Shown: positions 14,121-27,440 of the stretch, piece by piece
Numbering within the stretch: position 1 is the stretch's first letter
Layout of the letters: each line of letters opens with the position of its first letter
Assembly: GCA_951406725.2 (NCBI GenBank)
Contig: OX597830.1
Coordinates: 72,044,001 to 72,108,000, forward strand
DNA length: 64,000 nucleotides
Source of the DNA: Octopus vulgaris
Lineage: Eukaryota
Direction: 5' to 3'
Notes under the pieces: generated by a model
The model's database searches: none
Told to the model about the DNA's origin: nothing
Seen by the model: the letters and a program-made list of their open reading frames with translations, nothing else
Position numbers and translations under genes: made by a program

Positions 14121-14419
14121 ATGTGTATATGTAGGTTTTTGTGAGTGTATGTGCAGCTGATTTTGGGAAAAGGTAAGGAAAGTACATTTAATAAAACAAC
14201 AAAAAATATAAAAAAGTGATTGAAAATATTTATATACAAAACAAAATTTTATAAAAAAAAAAAAAAATTCTCAGGTAGTAATAACTGTCCCTTCAACTAG
14301 TCCTATGTTTCATTTCGATTAGAATGTAATTATTTCCCATATTAAATAATTCCTTCAATATCGTCGCATCAGCAATATTTTAGTTTCCCGTCCTTTATCT
14401 TTCTTTGCCACGAACTTAC

Positions 14420-14455
14420 CAATTTCAAGCTCTATTCCTGCGTTTTTCATTGTCT
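14420..14455 (-). CDS. candidate 36-nt symmetric (phase 1-1) exon, or end of an alternative first exon (MKNAGIELEI)
   Basis: attttccgttcccag|AGACAATGAAAAACGCAGGAATAGAGCTTGAAATTG|gtaagt: good acceptor, consensus donor, length a multiple of 3, inside a unique island. Confidence 0.4.
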
Positions 14456-15428
14456 CTGGGAACGGAAAATATTAAGTTATTCCATTCCATTAGTTTTCCA
14501 TTCTTATTCTCAAAGAATCCAACCCAAAATTCAATCTCAGTAACTTTGCTTATATCATCCACCGATTTACGCAATTCTGGAAGCACCAAAATAACGATAC
14601 AGAATTTTATAATACTACAATGCATCGTATTTATTATATACCAAAATTAGTCTGCTCGAAGCGTAAATATTTCATTACCAGCCGGCAAATAATAAATTAA
14701 AAAGGTAAAAGCAAAAATATCACCCTGTCTATACTAATTCGATTTAATTGTATGTATTTATTACTTCCAAACTTAAATAATTAACGTATAATGAATGTGT
14801 AGTTAAGAAATTAACTTTCGAAACAACGTGATGACGTATCAATTCCAGTGTGTGGGTAGTTGAGCAAGTATCTTATACTATGTCTCTTGGCCAGCCGATA
14901 TCTTGTGAGAAAAGTTGGTAAAAGTTGCTAACCATTCAAGACCTCCCTTAACATGACTGTCCATTGCCTGAAAGAATTCAATTATAAAATGTTAAAGACA
15001 TTCGCATATGTGATTTAGGAAATATCTCATTTGTCGATAATTGTTATTTTTCTAGCTATACTTATAAAAGACATGCACGGAAATGTTTCGCCTTTTATTG
15101 AAGACTTTTCGTTGAAATGTAGCCTCTTTATAACATACTTATTCATTAGCAAGGTAATTGATCTTACAGTAAGGACGTCTTCTCTCGTTCATCTTGTGTT
15201 CAGAAAGTATGTTACCAGTCGAGTTCTCAATAACGTCTTAGAGAATCGGGTAAATCATTAAAAACACAATTTAACCAACTGGATGAGAAATGCGTCAATT
15301 CTGATGGAATATTTTCACTTCGATTCAAGAACCCACATTTTTTCACTTTGAAAACATGACAATGGTGTTGCCATATTGAGCAAACCAGCTGGGAATCGAA
15401 ATTACTCCTAAGTTATTAGCATGGATCC

Positions 15429-15469
<41 letters not shown>

Positions 15470-15501
15470 CATACTACACATGCATTCACACACACAGACA
15501 C

Positions 15502-15594
<93 letters not shown>

Positions 15595-16432
15595 AGGGGA
15601 TACTCAAAACAATGGAGAATTTTGCAATATTATTTGATTCACTTAGTTTTACATATTTACACTTTTATCGTCTTCAAAGTATTCTACATTTGAAGCAAAG
15701 CATCGGTCCAGACGCGTTTTCTACTGTTGGCTGCAGTGCTGGAACTCTTGCGAAGTGTTACCTTTTAACTCTTCACTCATTCCACATCTGCAAATTCGTT
15801 AACACCAGCTTCCTTCACCAGTGAAAAATGGTCTGTTTCAACTACCAAATGTTCTTTCCGTCGTGACTACTTGTGATCTTGCGTGAGCAGGTGAGGCACA
15901 CATTTTCCTACAACTCTTTACTCTCGCAATTACTCGTACAAAGTTCATTAGCAGGAGCTCTAGGTCACACCAGTCATATCAACAAGTTCATCAATTGTTT
16001 CAATGAAAATCCTCCAAGATCAGTTCATGTACTTTCATGATGCTTTCAATCGCTCGGTAGGTTGACGGTCGCCCCGAACGAGGTAGGTCCTCAAGAGACA
16101 GGTAACCGTTCCGAAAGCTTAAAAACCACACGTACTCTAAGGTTTTGCCCATGGGAGTGTCCTTGTTTGTTTTTTGAAGCATGAGAACTGTTTTAGCCTC
16201 CGTTTTCATCAGCAGAAAATAGAATTTCATGGAAGCACGCAAAAACCGATGAACTGGGGAGAAGCACAGCTAAATAAAGACGCACCACTTGGCAGTAGAA
16301 CCACACAAGATAACGTTTGTCGGCACAATGATGCCTGAGGGCCACAACAAGTGGATCTTCACGGCGAAAGCCTGAACTACAACGGGCATGTCCCACAGGA
16401 AACTTTTCCGGTTTCTCTTAGATAATACTCAT
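15595..16432 (-). mobile_element. internally deleted mariner transposon relic
   Basis: ORF 16000-16242 RASMKFYFLLMKTEAKTVLML...SLEDLPRSGRPST is the mariner N-terminal HTH region; continues RVVGKCVPHLLT (WVPHxL motif), then jumps to C-terminal remnants. Confidence 0.85.
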
Positions 16433-16452
16433 AAACGCACACACACATATAC

Positions 16453-16737
16453 ATCTGTAATATAACATGTAACAATTATTCGTTTGCCATAATAAAAGTC
16501 CGCGTTTCGGATGTCGAGGAGGAAATCAGTTCCGGCATCTCGTCAGTTCTTAATCATAGCATTTTTGTTTGTCTTAATAACTGACGAGATGCCGGAGCAG
16601 ATTTCTGCCCCCACATCCGAAACTCGGAGTTTTATTACGGCAAACGTATAATCGTTACATATATTATTACAGATAAGTTACTCTACTTACATAATATCGA
16701 GGTCTCATTCATTCTTTTGCTGCCATACTATTACTAT

Positions 16738-16738
<1 letters not shown>
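16453..16738. mobile_element. Penelope-like fragment forming a ~100-bp-arm palindrome, with a hammerhead-like motif in each arm
   Basis: 16453-16553 and 16574-16674 are imperfect reverse complements; each contains ctgacgagatg...catccgaaac. Flanked by CA/TA tracts. Confidence 0.7.
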
Positions 16739-16773
<35 letters not shown>

Positions 16774-16779
16774 ATAGTA

Positions 16780-17028
16780 ATCGATTGTCAAGCGATGGTG
16801 GGGTGGCGACAAACACAGACACACATACATACACACATATATACGTATATATATATATACATGCGACGGGCTTCTTTCAGTTTCCGTCTACCAAATCCAC
16901 CCACAAGGCTATAGTAGAAGACAGTTGCCCAAGGTGCCACGCATTGGGACTGAACCCGTAATCATGTGGCTGGCTGGTTGGTTGGTTGGTAAGAAAGCTA
17001 CTTAACATGCAGCCACTCCTGCGCCTAT
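16780..17028 (-). mobile_element. SINE family A 5' two-thirds
   Basis: Ends cagccactcctgcgccta (head, reverse complement); has a (GGTT)n expansion in the head. Confidence 0.9.
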
Positions 17029-17435
17029 AAATATGTGTTTGTGTGTATTGCAAAATTTTGGTATTTTTGTGTTTTACGTGAATACACATACATTATAAGT
17101 GGAACTGAAGAAAACACTTGCATATACGACATCTTTACAGGTGAAACCATTACAAACACACAGAAAATAGCTCATCCATATATATTTGAACGTATGTGTG
17201 TGTGTGTGTGTGTGTTCGTGTGTGTTTGTGTATGGTTGTGCATGTTTGTTTGTGTGTATGCGGTGGGGTGAAAGGAAAGGTGTTTACGGAGAGTTAAGTA
17301 AATAAATTCATAATTATATTTTTGAATATTTGATATATACAAATATATGATATACATACCAATTAGAAAAGTGCTTATAAAATTGCATATTTAATGTGCT
17401 AAATAATGAAAATAAAAATAAAAACGAAAGTTGCA

Positions 17436-17476
<41 letters not shown>

Positions 17477-17624
17477 GCATGTATGTGTATGTGTGTAAAT
17501 GCACCACGCTATGTATATAGGTGTTTCCCAAGTGTATATATATTTAAAGTTCTCCATAAAATAAATACTTTGAAAAGAAATATAACATGAAATATTAAGA
17601 ACAAGAGCAATATTAAAATTATCA

Positions 17625-17670
17625 ACGACAACGACAACGGTGATGACGAAAATGATGATGATGATGATGT

Positions 17671-17706
<36 letters not shown>

Positions 17707-17840
17707 GGATGATGATGATGACGACGATGATGACGATGATGATGATAATGACAATAATAATAATAATCATAATAGTAATAATAATAATAACAACAACAAC
17801 AACAACAACATCAATAATAATAATAACAACAATAAAAAGC

Positions 17841-17878
<38 letters not shown>

Positions 17879-17892
17879 TAATAATAATAATG
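17625..17892. repeat. compound (GAC/GAT)n-(AAT/AAC)n trinucleotide tract
   Basis: Read directly. Confidence 0.95.
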
Positions 17893-18130
17893 AAAATATT
17901 TGCGCAAACTGATTTGATTTGCTAAAATTAAATGAATAAAAACTTACGTAATTTTTAAGTAAATTGTCAAAATTTTAATGTTTATTTTTGAGGGAATTTT
18001 TAAATAAATTTCACATATGCGGAAACATAAAGAATGCATATATGCTAAAGAATTTTAAACCAGTAAATTATGAAGAAATATAAAAAGACAAATATATTAA
18101 CATAGGTGAATGCCTGCATATACACCTATT

Positions 18131-18176
<46 letters not shown>

Positions 18177-18201
18177 TGTATTTGAATGTGTGTGTATGTG
18201 C

Positions 18202-18235
<34 letters not shown>

Positions 18236-18653
18236 TACATAAATAAGTAAATTTATATACATATATATATATATGTATATATACAATATATATACACATA
18301 TATACAATTATAAATGGATATTCATTTACATAATTTACGTTATATGACAAGACTAAGACATCTCGGATAGAAAAATGCTCAAGTGACAAAATTCCATATA
18401 AAATAAAATCTTAATATTTTAGACATACATGCTGCAAATTTACTGCGCGAAAAAATGAAGAAATATATGAACTTCTTGATTTGTTATTAACTCATATTCA
18501 TGGGTTTCGTGTGTTACATACATACAAATATACATACATACATGCATACATATATTATATATATGTATATATATATATATGACCGAATGTATGTGTGTAT
18601 CTGTATATACGACGCCATAAATTTTCAAAATATACATATATACATACATATAC

Positions 18654-18702
<49 letters not shown>

Positions 18703-18703
18703 A

Positions 18704-18757
<54 letters not shown>

Positions 18758-18879
18758 GTATATGTATGTATATATATATATATACATAAATATGCATAAA
18801 AATATATATATACATATTTGTATTTAGGTAGATGGGCTACATAAGAAGGTTAACAGATAATTTTATATGCATATATGTA

Positions 18880-18954
<75 letters not shown>

Positions 18955-19083
18955 TTAATTGAAAAAATAGAATCAACATGAATGAGTACTGTTAGACGTA
19001 TGTATATATATATATGTGTGTTTATGTGTGTGTTTTGTGTGTGTGTGTTTGTGTGTGCTTGTATATGTGTGTGAGTCTACAAT

Positions 19084-19170
<87 letters not shown>

Positions 19171-19403
19171 ATCTGTCTGTCTGTCTACCCGTATTATATA
19201 TTTCCTTCTGTATGCATATGTACATACAGACGTTATGATACTTTTGATGTATTAGCTATTTGGACCCATAAAACTTCCGAAAGTTCTCGGCAAACTTATC
19301 CAACCACCTTTTGTCCTCAATTCCAAAGCATTACCACCAACAATATCATCGCAATCATCATCATTATGCTTATCATTCCTTACTAACTTCATTAAGTACA
19401 TCG

Positions 19404-19550
19404 AGTTTGTCACCCGTAACTTAGCGGTTCGGTAAAAGACACCGATAGAATAAGTACTAGGCTTACAAAGAATAAGTCCTGGGGTCGATTTGCTCGACCA
19501 AGAGCGGTGCTCCAGCATGGCCACAGTCACATGACTGAAACAAGTAAAAA
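19404..19550 (+). mobile_element. SINE family A 3' half
   Basis: cgtaacttagcggttcgg...ggtgctccagcatggccacagtcacatgactgaaacaag. Confidence 0.9.
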
Positions 19551-19850
19551 AAAAAAAAGTAGATATCAACATGATGATGATGTCGCAGGTGACGTTGAGG
19601 ATATCTGTGACCATCACCGCCACTACAACCACAACCACCACCACCACCACCACAACCACCACCACCACCATCACCACCATCATCTTCATCATCATCATCA
19701 TCATCCAACACGCCGCCCTTGTCGTGCTATTCGTTGTCGTCTTGATCATCATCACCATCATAACCATCGTCTTCATCGTTATCGATTCTTGAACCGAGAT
19801 TACTAGAAGAAATTTTTCTTCGAATTATTGTTTTGGAAATTATATATATA

Positions 19851-19881
<31 letters not shown>

Positions 19882-20827
19882 CTGTGTGTATGTGCGCGCG
19901 TACGTAGTAATTCGTTAAAACTGTAGAATGTAAAATATGCATTTATTTAAAATTTCACAATTTTTATTGCTTGTAATATCCTCCAGTTACATCTGTAGTT
20001 GTAAAAAGTTAGTTTGAAACATTTTGGAGTTAAGATTAAGTAAAATGTTTTTTTTTTGTTGCTATATTGTACACAGCCACACACACACACTCACACATAG
20101 GTACACACACACACATATATATATATATGCATATGCGTGTATGTGCATGTGTGTGTATACACATACATGTATGAATATATATGTGTACCTTCAATTTTAT
20201 GCATGTGGTCATGTATGAATGTACACACACATACATATATGTACGCATATATATATATGCATATATGAATCCATATATATGTATATATTTCCATACATAT
20301 ACTTATTTATATACGTGCGCACATGTTTATATACATGAACACACGCATATACACCGCACACATAAAACTTATTCGTTTTACTTTCTAAGAAAAGACGCAA
20401 AGTTTGTTTCAATTATATATCTTTTCTTGTGTATTTCATATTTATTTATTCCTAATCCATTTATTTTTTTCATGTTCACTCCGAGGAATAACTTTATAAT
20501 TCCACCAATACGTAAAGCGATATATTAAGTAAGAGCTAACGCTAAAATCATCAACATGGAAATATAGGGAGAGATAATATGAGATTGAGGTGAGGCAGGG
20601 ATAAAATGTTAGCGAGGAAACGAAAAGGCAGTGAAGTGTTGGGACTGAAGCATAAACACAATATAAAAACAACTGTAACATTGTAAAAACTGTAACATTG
20701 TAGACATATAACACCCCGATGTTTCAGATGAAATTAGGTAAGCTTGTAACTCAGTTATTGCCAGTTGGTTTTTTGCTGAGGTTCGCCTATATTTTATTGG
20801 CTCTTATTTTTGTTCGCCTATGTTTCT

Positions 20828-21530
20828 TATTTCTTTATTGCCTACAAGCGGCTAAACATAGAGGGGACAAACAAGGATAGACATAGGGATTAAGTCGATT
20901 ACATCGACCCCAGTGCGTAACTGGTACATAATTTACCGACCCCGAAAGGATGAAAGGCAAAGTCTAAACATAGAGAGGACAAACAAGAACAGACAAACGC
21001 ATTAAGTCGATTATATTGACCCCAGTGTGTAACTGGTACTTATATAATGGACCCCGAAAGGATGAAAGGCAAAGTCGACTCGGCGGAATTTGAAATCAGA
21101 ACGTAACAGCAGACGAAATACCTATTTCTTTACTACCCACAAAGGGCTAAACATAGAGAGGACAAGCAAGGACAGACGGATGAAGTCGAATACATCTACC
21201 CCAGTGCGTAACTGGTACATAATTTACCGATCCAAATGGATGAAAGACAAAGTCGACCTCGGCAGAATTTGAACGTAGCGGCAGACGAAATACCTATTTC
21301 TTTATTACCCCCAAGGGGCTAGACACAGAGGGGACAAACAAGAACAGACATAGGTATTAAGTCGATTACATCGACCCCAGTGCGTAACTGGTACTTAATT
21401 TATCGACCTCGAAAGGATGAAAGGCAAAGTCGACCTCGGCGGAATTTGAACTCACAACTTAACGCAGACGAAATACCGCTAAGCATTTCGCCCGGCGTGC
21501 TAACGTTTCTGCCAGCTCGCCGCCTTTTTC
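20828..21530 (-). mobile_element. SINE family B: one tRNA head followed by four tandem body units
   Basis: Head aaggcggcgagctggcagaaacgttagcacgccgggcgaaatgc (reverse complement, 21440-21527). Body cctttcatcctttcggggtcgataaattaagtaccagttacgcactgggg repeated at about 20830, 20965, 21125 and 21295. Confidence 0.92.
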
Positions 21531-21749
21531 GCCCGGCGTGCTTATGCTTCTGCTTGCTTAGCGTACCCAATATCGCTGGAGTGGCACAACTTCTATTAAC
21601 CAAGTTGGATGAAAGTTAAGTTGAATTTAAGGAATGAAAGTAACTCTAGAATACTTACGTTAATGATGGTCATTTCATCTCGGATTACAAAAAATATTGC
21701 CAAATCCTATTGGCTGAAGTAATGAAAAAAATGTCTCTATGTTTAAAAT

Positions 21750-22180
21750 ACTGGCATGATTCCAGGTTCAATCTCACTGTGTGGTTCCTTGCGGAAATGA
21801 ATTCTGCCCTAGACCTTCGTTGATCAATGACTTATGAGTGAATTTGTTTAATGGAAACTGTATGGAAACCTGTTGTATATATATATCGTATATATATGTG
21901 TGTATACGTATGTTTGTGCAAGTGTGTTCGTGTATTTCTTATGTGTTCATATGCGCGTGTCTCTGTGTGCACGTGTGTGTCTTTGTGTTAGTTTCTGTTC
22001 CCAAACAACGCTAGCCAACAAGTGTTCGTTTGTTTACGTTGCTGAACTCTGCGATTCTTTATAAGAGACCGATACAGCAAGTACCAGAATATGTACTATG
22101 GTCTATTTATTCGAGTAAGCTCTTCAAATCGGTGTCCAAACATAATAAGAGTCTACTAACTGAAATAAATAAATTATAAA
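21750..22180 (+). mobile_element. old, diverged SINE family A copy
   Basis: ccaggttcaatctcactgtgtggttccttg...gagtgaatttg...ggaaactg...gagaccgatac...actgaaataa is collinear with family A. Confidence 0.65.
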
Positions 22181-22254
22181 AACCTGTTTTCTCTTCCTTT
22201 TTTTATTATAGCCTACCTTTACACTCTTGCTTCTTACGCGGACAAAAGAGTTCT

Positions 22255-22361
22255 ATAACTCATAAGTACAGAGCTTATTGGGGGCTTGGGTACATTACTG
22301 GCATAAGCCCCCGTATTTTTCGATGTTATCATTATTGTTGTTGTTGTTGTTGTTATTGTTA

Positions 22362-22445
<84 letters not shown>

Positions 22446-22654
22446 AATCGAACTCGGAATCTTGGGGTTAGTAGCCCGCACTCTTAACCACTTACCTTAG
22501 GAATGAGAACCCAGGTTCGAAATTTCCCCAAGACACCCGATGAAGGCTGGATGGTATACCAGCCGAAACGTTGTGTTAACAACAAACAAGATGAGGACAA
22601 ATATCAGTCAAATGCAAACAATGTACATAATTCCTTATCTCTTAAACACAGAAC
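22255..22654. mobile_element. composite element: antisense tRNA-like head plus Penelope-like tail with a minimal hammerhead motif
   Basis: 22441-22492 reverse complement agtggttaagagtgcgggctactaaccccaagattccgagttcgattcctga (A/B boxes); (TTA)n; hammerhead-like 22533-22576. Confidence 0.6.
22533..22576 (+). ncRNA. minimal type I hammerhead ribozyme-like motif (U4 to C mutated)
   Basis: ACAC-CCGAUGA-A-GGCUGG[auggtata]CCAGCC-GAAA-CG-UU-GUGU: 4-bp stem I, perfect 6-bp stem II, palindromic ACGU stem III. Confidence 0.6.
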
Positions 22655-22663
22655 CGTTTAAAG

Positions 22664-22999
22664 CAGTCGTTCTCAACCAGGATTCATATAAGATTTCTTG
22701 GAGTCCACGCAACAAAACAGTAAACTGGAGATCCACATTAGTAGTCTAAGTGATATGAAAAGATTTTACTTTACATGCATGTATTGGTATGTATTACAAA
22801 AAAAAATGCTAGATCTAAATTCTATCTCTAATATTTTACATTGTTCAAACTAGACAACCGAACGAAATACAAAATAGGAATTTTGAAAGAAGATACTATA
22901 ACACTAGATTTTAAACAGCGAATGTCTATGGGAGTCGACCAGAATAAAATAGTAATTAAAGGGATCCTTAGGTAAAAAAAAATTGTTTGAGAAACCCTG
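22664..22999. mobile_element. hAT (Charlie-like) MITE
   Basis: TIRs cagtcgttctcaac / tttgagaaaccctg; imperfect 8-bp TSD gtttaaag / gtttacaa. Confidence 0.8.
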
Positions 23000-23157
23000 G
23001 TTTACAAAAATCCATTCCATTGCAATAATTCAAGCCGGGTTTAATATACGTACCTCATCTATGTCTCTCCAGTCTCGGACACCATGTAATAGGTCAGGAG
23101 CACTACCAACTTGCTTGACTAAAAAGGTAAAATCAAAGAGGATATCTATATACATTA

Positions 23158-23441
23158 CTAGCAGTATCGCCCGGCGTTGCTCGGGTTTGTAAGGGAAATA
23201 ACTATAAAGCATTTTTAGAGAGTTATAGCCAAAAAATAGCAAAAAAATGCATTAAAAATTATGGTAATTTTTTTTTTAATCGTTGACTCATCGTAGACGC
23301 GCGCTAATACCCAGAAGGGCTCGATATGAATCACGACTATAAGATACCCGGTTTTGGTTAAACTGCACCGCAAAATGTGGGAGTAGTTAGGAATCTAAAC
23401 CGTAGGAGACAGATAAACAACCTTACTTTTATATATAAAGA
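23158..23441 (-). mobile_element. non-autonomous Helitron
   Basis: Minus strand begins TCTTTATATATAAAAG and ends with hairpin CCCGAGCAACGCCGGG + CGATACTGCTAG; inserted between A and T, no TSD. Confidence 0.88.
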
Positions 23442-24319
23442 TTTCTATTTAAACGTCCGATCTTTTATGCTTGCATGGGTCCGACAAAATTAAGGCATAT
23501 TTTCTATGGCCATTTCTATACTCAACACATACTTGTTTCCCAGCAAGGTAACGTTTCCCCATGGGAAATATTTCACTCGATATTCGAAAGGAACGACATT
23601 TATTTTTAGCAATCGTACGATGTGAAGACAAAGAAACAAACGCATTTGGTCACTCAATGCTTCCATAGAAGAGAGTAGCCAAAAGTATCACGCTATAGCA
23701 CTCACACAGCCGTTCGTGTAAAATACAGTCACGGGCCAACATTGGATCAAGCAAGCCAGTATTCACAAGCATTCCAGTCATGACCATATCATATGTATTT
23801 TCCCATAGGTTTATTTATACATGACTTAACGTGTCAATGTTTTTGGTTTCATTAATTAGAGTATCAGTCATATTTGGCTATTATACTTAACATGCCAGCA
23901 CGCATCTAGAGGTTCAAAATTGGCTTACTTTAAATGAAGTTTTGTGCTTGATTTTTGAGAACTGTGTGTATTTTGCAATGAACTGTTTTAGTTATCTACA
24001 CATATTTTGACAATCCATAACGTTATTTCGAGTGTGCATTAATTAGCATTAAAAAAATCATTAAAAAAAATCATCATTTTCATTGAAACAATTTTGCACT
24101 CAGCTCAGACAGACATGCATACAGGCGTTCACACACATACGCAGACATATACTCACACATATACAAACGCATATAGTTATGTATATATGGCGTGTAAGTA
24201 CTATGTGCGTAGAAATAACTGCACCATAAACACACACACACACACAGATATTCATCCTTTTGAAAGTGCAAATATATGCGTGTTATAATGTTTGAGTGTG
24301 TGTGCGCATGTGCCCTATA

Positions 24320-24419
<100 letters not shown>

Positions 24420-24656
24420 TATGTCTATGTATGTATGTGTGTAAGTATTTGTTTTAAGTGTATATATAAGCGTATTTATTCAGACTCTCGTATTCCCTCA
24501 CTATGATCATATAAGTGTTTATATGCATATATGTATATGTATATATGCACACTCTTGCATTCCTACATATGCACATAGACAAGCACACCAACACATACAT
24601 ACAACATAAATAATTTACATTATGCTTGTCCAAAATTGTGTTGAAATATCTCATAC

Positions 24657-24693
24657 CGTCCATGGACTTTTGCTTGTCCAACACAAATATAAC
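24657..24693 (-). other. candidate small exon or end of an alternative first exon (...ATG GAC G|gtatga)
   Basis: Weak acceptor tcaacgtcag| and donor CG|GTATGA in a unique island; 24780-25130 has poly-U/AT-rich UTR-like composition on the minus strand. Confidence 0.22.
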
Positions 24694-25183
24694 CTGACGT
24701 TGACAGGTATAAAACGTTGATTTAAACCTTCCACATATTTGAATCGAAAGTCGTAAAGAAAGATTGAAATTTAAACAACAATAACAACAACAACAACAAC
24801 AACAATAATGATAATCATAAAAATAATAATAATTATCATTAATAAATTGAATAAATAAATTAACGGAAATAAATTATTTTAGGCCAAAGCCAAAAACAAA
24901 AATAAGCGTCAATAACAACAATAAACAAAAATGTCTCCCTCCCTCCAAAAACTGAATAAAAAGCAAAATTATAAAAAAGACGGTTAAATGTTATAATGTC
25001 ATTTTTTTTTTTTTAGCCAATGAAAGAAATATGTTTTAGCTCTCCGCTTAAAATTTGTCTGAATAACTAAAATATATTACATTTCCAAATTGGTTTTGGA
25101 TTATTCCAGTCAGGCTGTTTGCTCATTAAGTGAGTATAAAATATTAAATAAATACATAAACAAGTACAAACATATGTATGTGT

Positions 25184-25219
<36 letters not shown>

Positions 25220-25362
25220 GTGTGTGGAGTGTGTGGAGAGAGAGAGAAAGAGTACGCGTGTAATTGTATGTGCGTATTAATATTTGAATATTCATATATA
25301 CATATATCTAAACGTTCACATGTACATACGAATAAATTAAATCATACACATATTTACTTGTC

Positions 25363-25430
<68 letters not shown>

Positions 25431-25539
25431 TATGTACACACATATATACAAACATGTATACATATACTGCAGTGAATTTGCCTTTATATATTGAAATATG
25501 TAACAGTCTAACCCAAACTTCGCTTATATCTAAATGGTG

Positions 25540-25695
<156 letters not shown>

Positions 25696-25939
25696 GAGGG
25701 CTGTGGGTATGGTAAAAGACACTTTCCCCAGGCGCCAAGTAGTGGGACTGAATCCAGAACCATATCGAAGCAAACTTCTTACCACGCAGCCACACCTGTA
25801 TGTATCTATAAATACTTTACTTTATTTGCTTTAGTTATTGATTGCTGCTATCCTGTGTCACTCCTTCGAAGGGTTTAGTGAAACAAATCGAAACTAGTTC
25901 TTACATGATTGGATATATGTTTCGTTTGTTTTCCTATTC

Positions 25940-26330
25940 ATTTGGAGTCATTTTCCTTGGACACTGGTTCGTCAATATGCATTTCTCGAAGTTATATTGC
26001 GTCACTCTGTGCAACTTTTTCATAAACATATTTCTTCAGTTTCTTGCAAGACAGAGGATGACTAGTTTCTGCAAACGGACACTGTGTCTCTCAATTCTAC
26101 TGTCCTGCTGTCACATACTTTGTGCGTGGAATCGAGTGCATCAATTTGTAAAGAAATTATTTGCAACAAGGTGGCCAGCTTCCGATATTTCTTAATTTTC
26201 TGAAATACTTTGGTATTTTTATCTTTCTGTATTACTAAGTGCATGATATTGGAGTGTTTGCCATTTTTTCCTCTACAATCATATCTTATCTTCTGAATTC
26301 AATAACATAACCTAGGCAGACTTTGCGTTA
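25940..26330 (-). pseudogene. possible highly decayed piggyBac-type transposase fragment
   Basis: Minus-strand fragments LGYVIEFR..., HLVANNFFTN (cf. xDNFFTS), SVRLQKL..HPL (cf. GTVRxNRL..PL) occur in the expected order, with many stops and frameshifts. Confidence 0.35.
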
Positions 26331-26364
26331 CATCTTCTAGATGTCGATAAAAGAAAGTTGTATT

Positions 26365-27440
26365 CAGGTACTGGGGTCGATGTAATAGTTGATCACGTCT
26401 CCCTAAAGATTTGCTAGCCGTGTACCGAAATTTTAATGAATTATTTATTAAGAAATAGGGCTGGCCGAAACGTTAGCGTGTCAGACATAATTCTTATGGA
26501 CATTTCTACCAAGTACTATTCAAATATAAGGATCGATTAATTGAGTAGCTCTTTCCACCCAAAATTTTAGCTTGAGCCAAAAATTTGAAACCGAGTCGGT
26601 AGTACAAGAGGAAAAATGTTTAGTGACATTCCTTCCGTTTTTTTCGTTTTGGGCTCTAATTACACCGAGCTTGACTTTGCCTTTATTCTCTTCGGAGTCC
26701 ATAAAATAAGTGCCATTTGAGGATTGCCTATAATGGAAATGATTATTATTAAGGTGGCGAATTGGCAGACTTGCTAGTATGCTGGACAAAATGCTTAACG
26801 GCATTTCCTTCGTCTTTTGGCTCTGATGTTAAATTCTACCGAGGTCGGTTTTACTTTTCATTCTTTTGGGGTCGATAAGATAAATACCGGTTGAGTATTG
26901 GGGCCAATTTAATCTACTTACATCCGTCCTGAAATTGTTGGCCTTGTACCAAAATTTGAAATTATTCCTACACACAACAATAATCCTTTCTACTATAGTC
27001 ACAATGTCTGAAATTTTAGGGAGGGGACAACCAATTTGATCAACCCCAGTGTTACCCTGGTATGTAATTTATCGACCCCGAAAGGATAAATGGTAAAGTC
27101 GACCTCGGCGGAGTTTAAACTCAGACCGTAGCGAAATACCTATTTCTTTACTACCCACAAGGGGCTAAACACAGAGAGGATAAACAAGGACAGACAAACG
27201 GATTAAGTCGATTATATCGACCCCGGTGCATAACTGGTACTTATTTAATCAACCCCGAAAGGATGAAAGGCAAAGTCGACCTCGGCGGAATTTGAACTTA
27301 AAACGTAGCGGCAGACGAAATACCGCTAAGCATTTCGCCCGGCGTGCCAACGATTCTGCCGGCTCGCCGCCTTCGACGGGTGAAATACCGCTAAGCACAT
27401 CATCCAACTTGCTAACGATTCTGCCAGCTCATCACCTTAC
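26365..27440. mobile_element. cluster of SINE family B copies in both orientations
   Basis: Plus copies at about 26370-26520 and 26750-26962; minus copies at about 26525-26740 and a dimeric 26980-27435. Confidence 0.85.
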
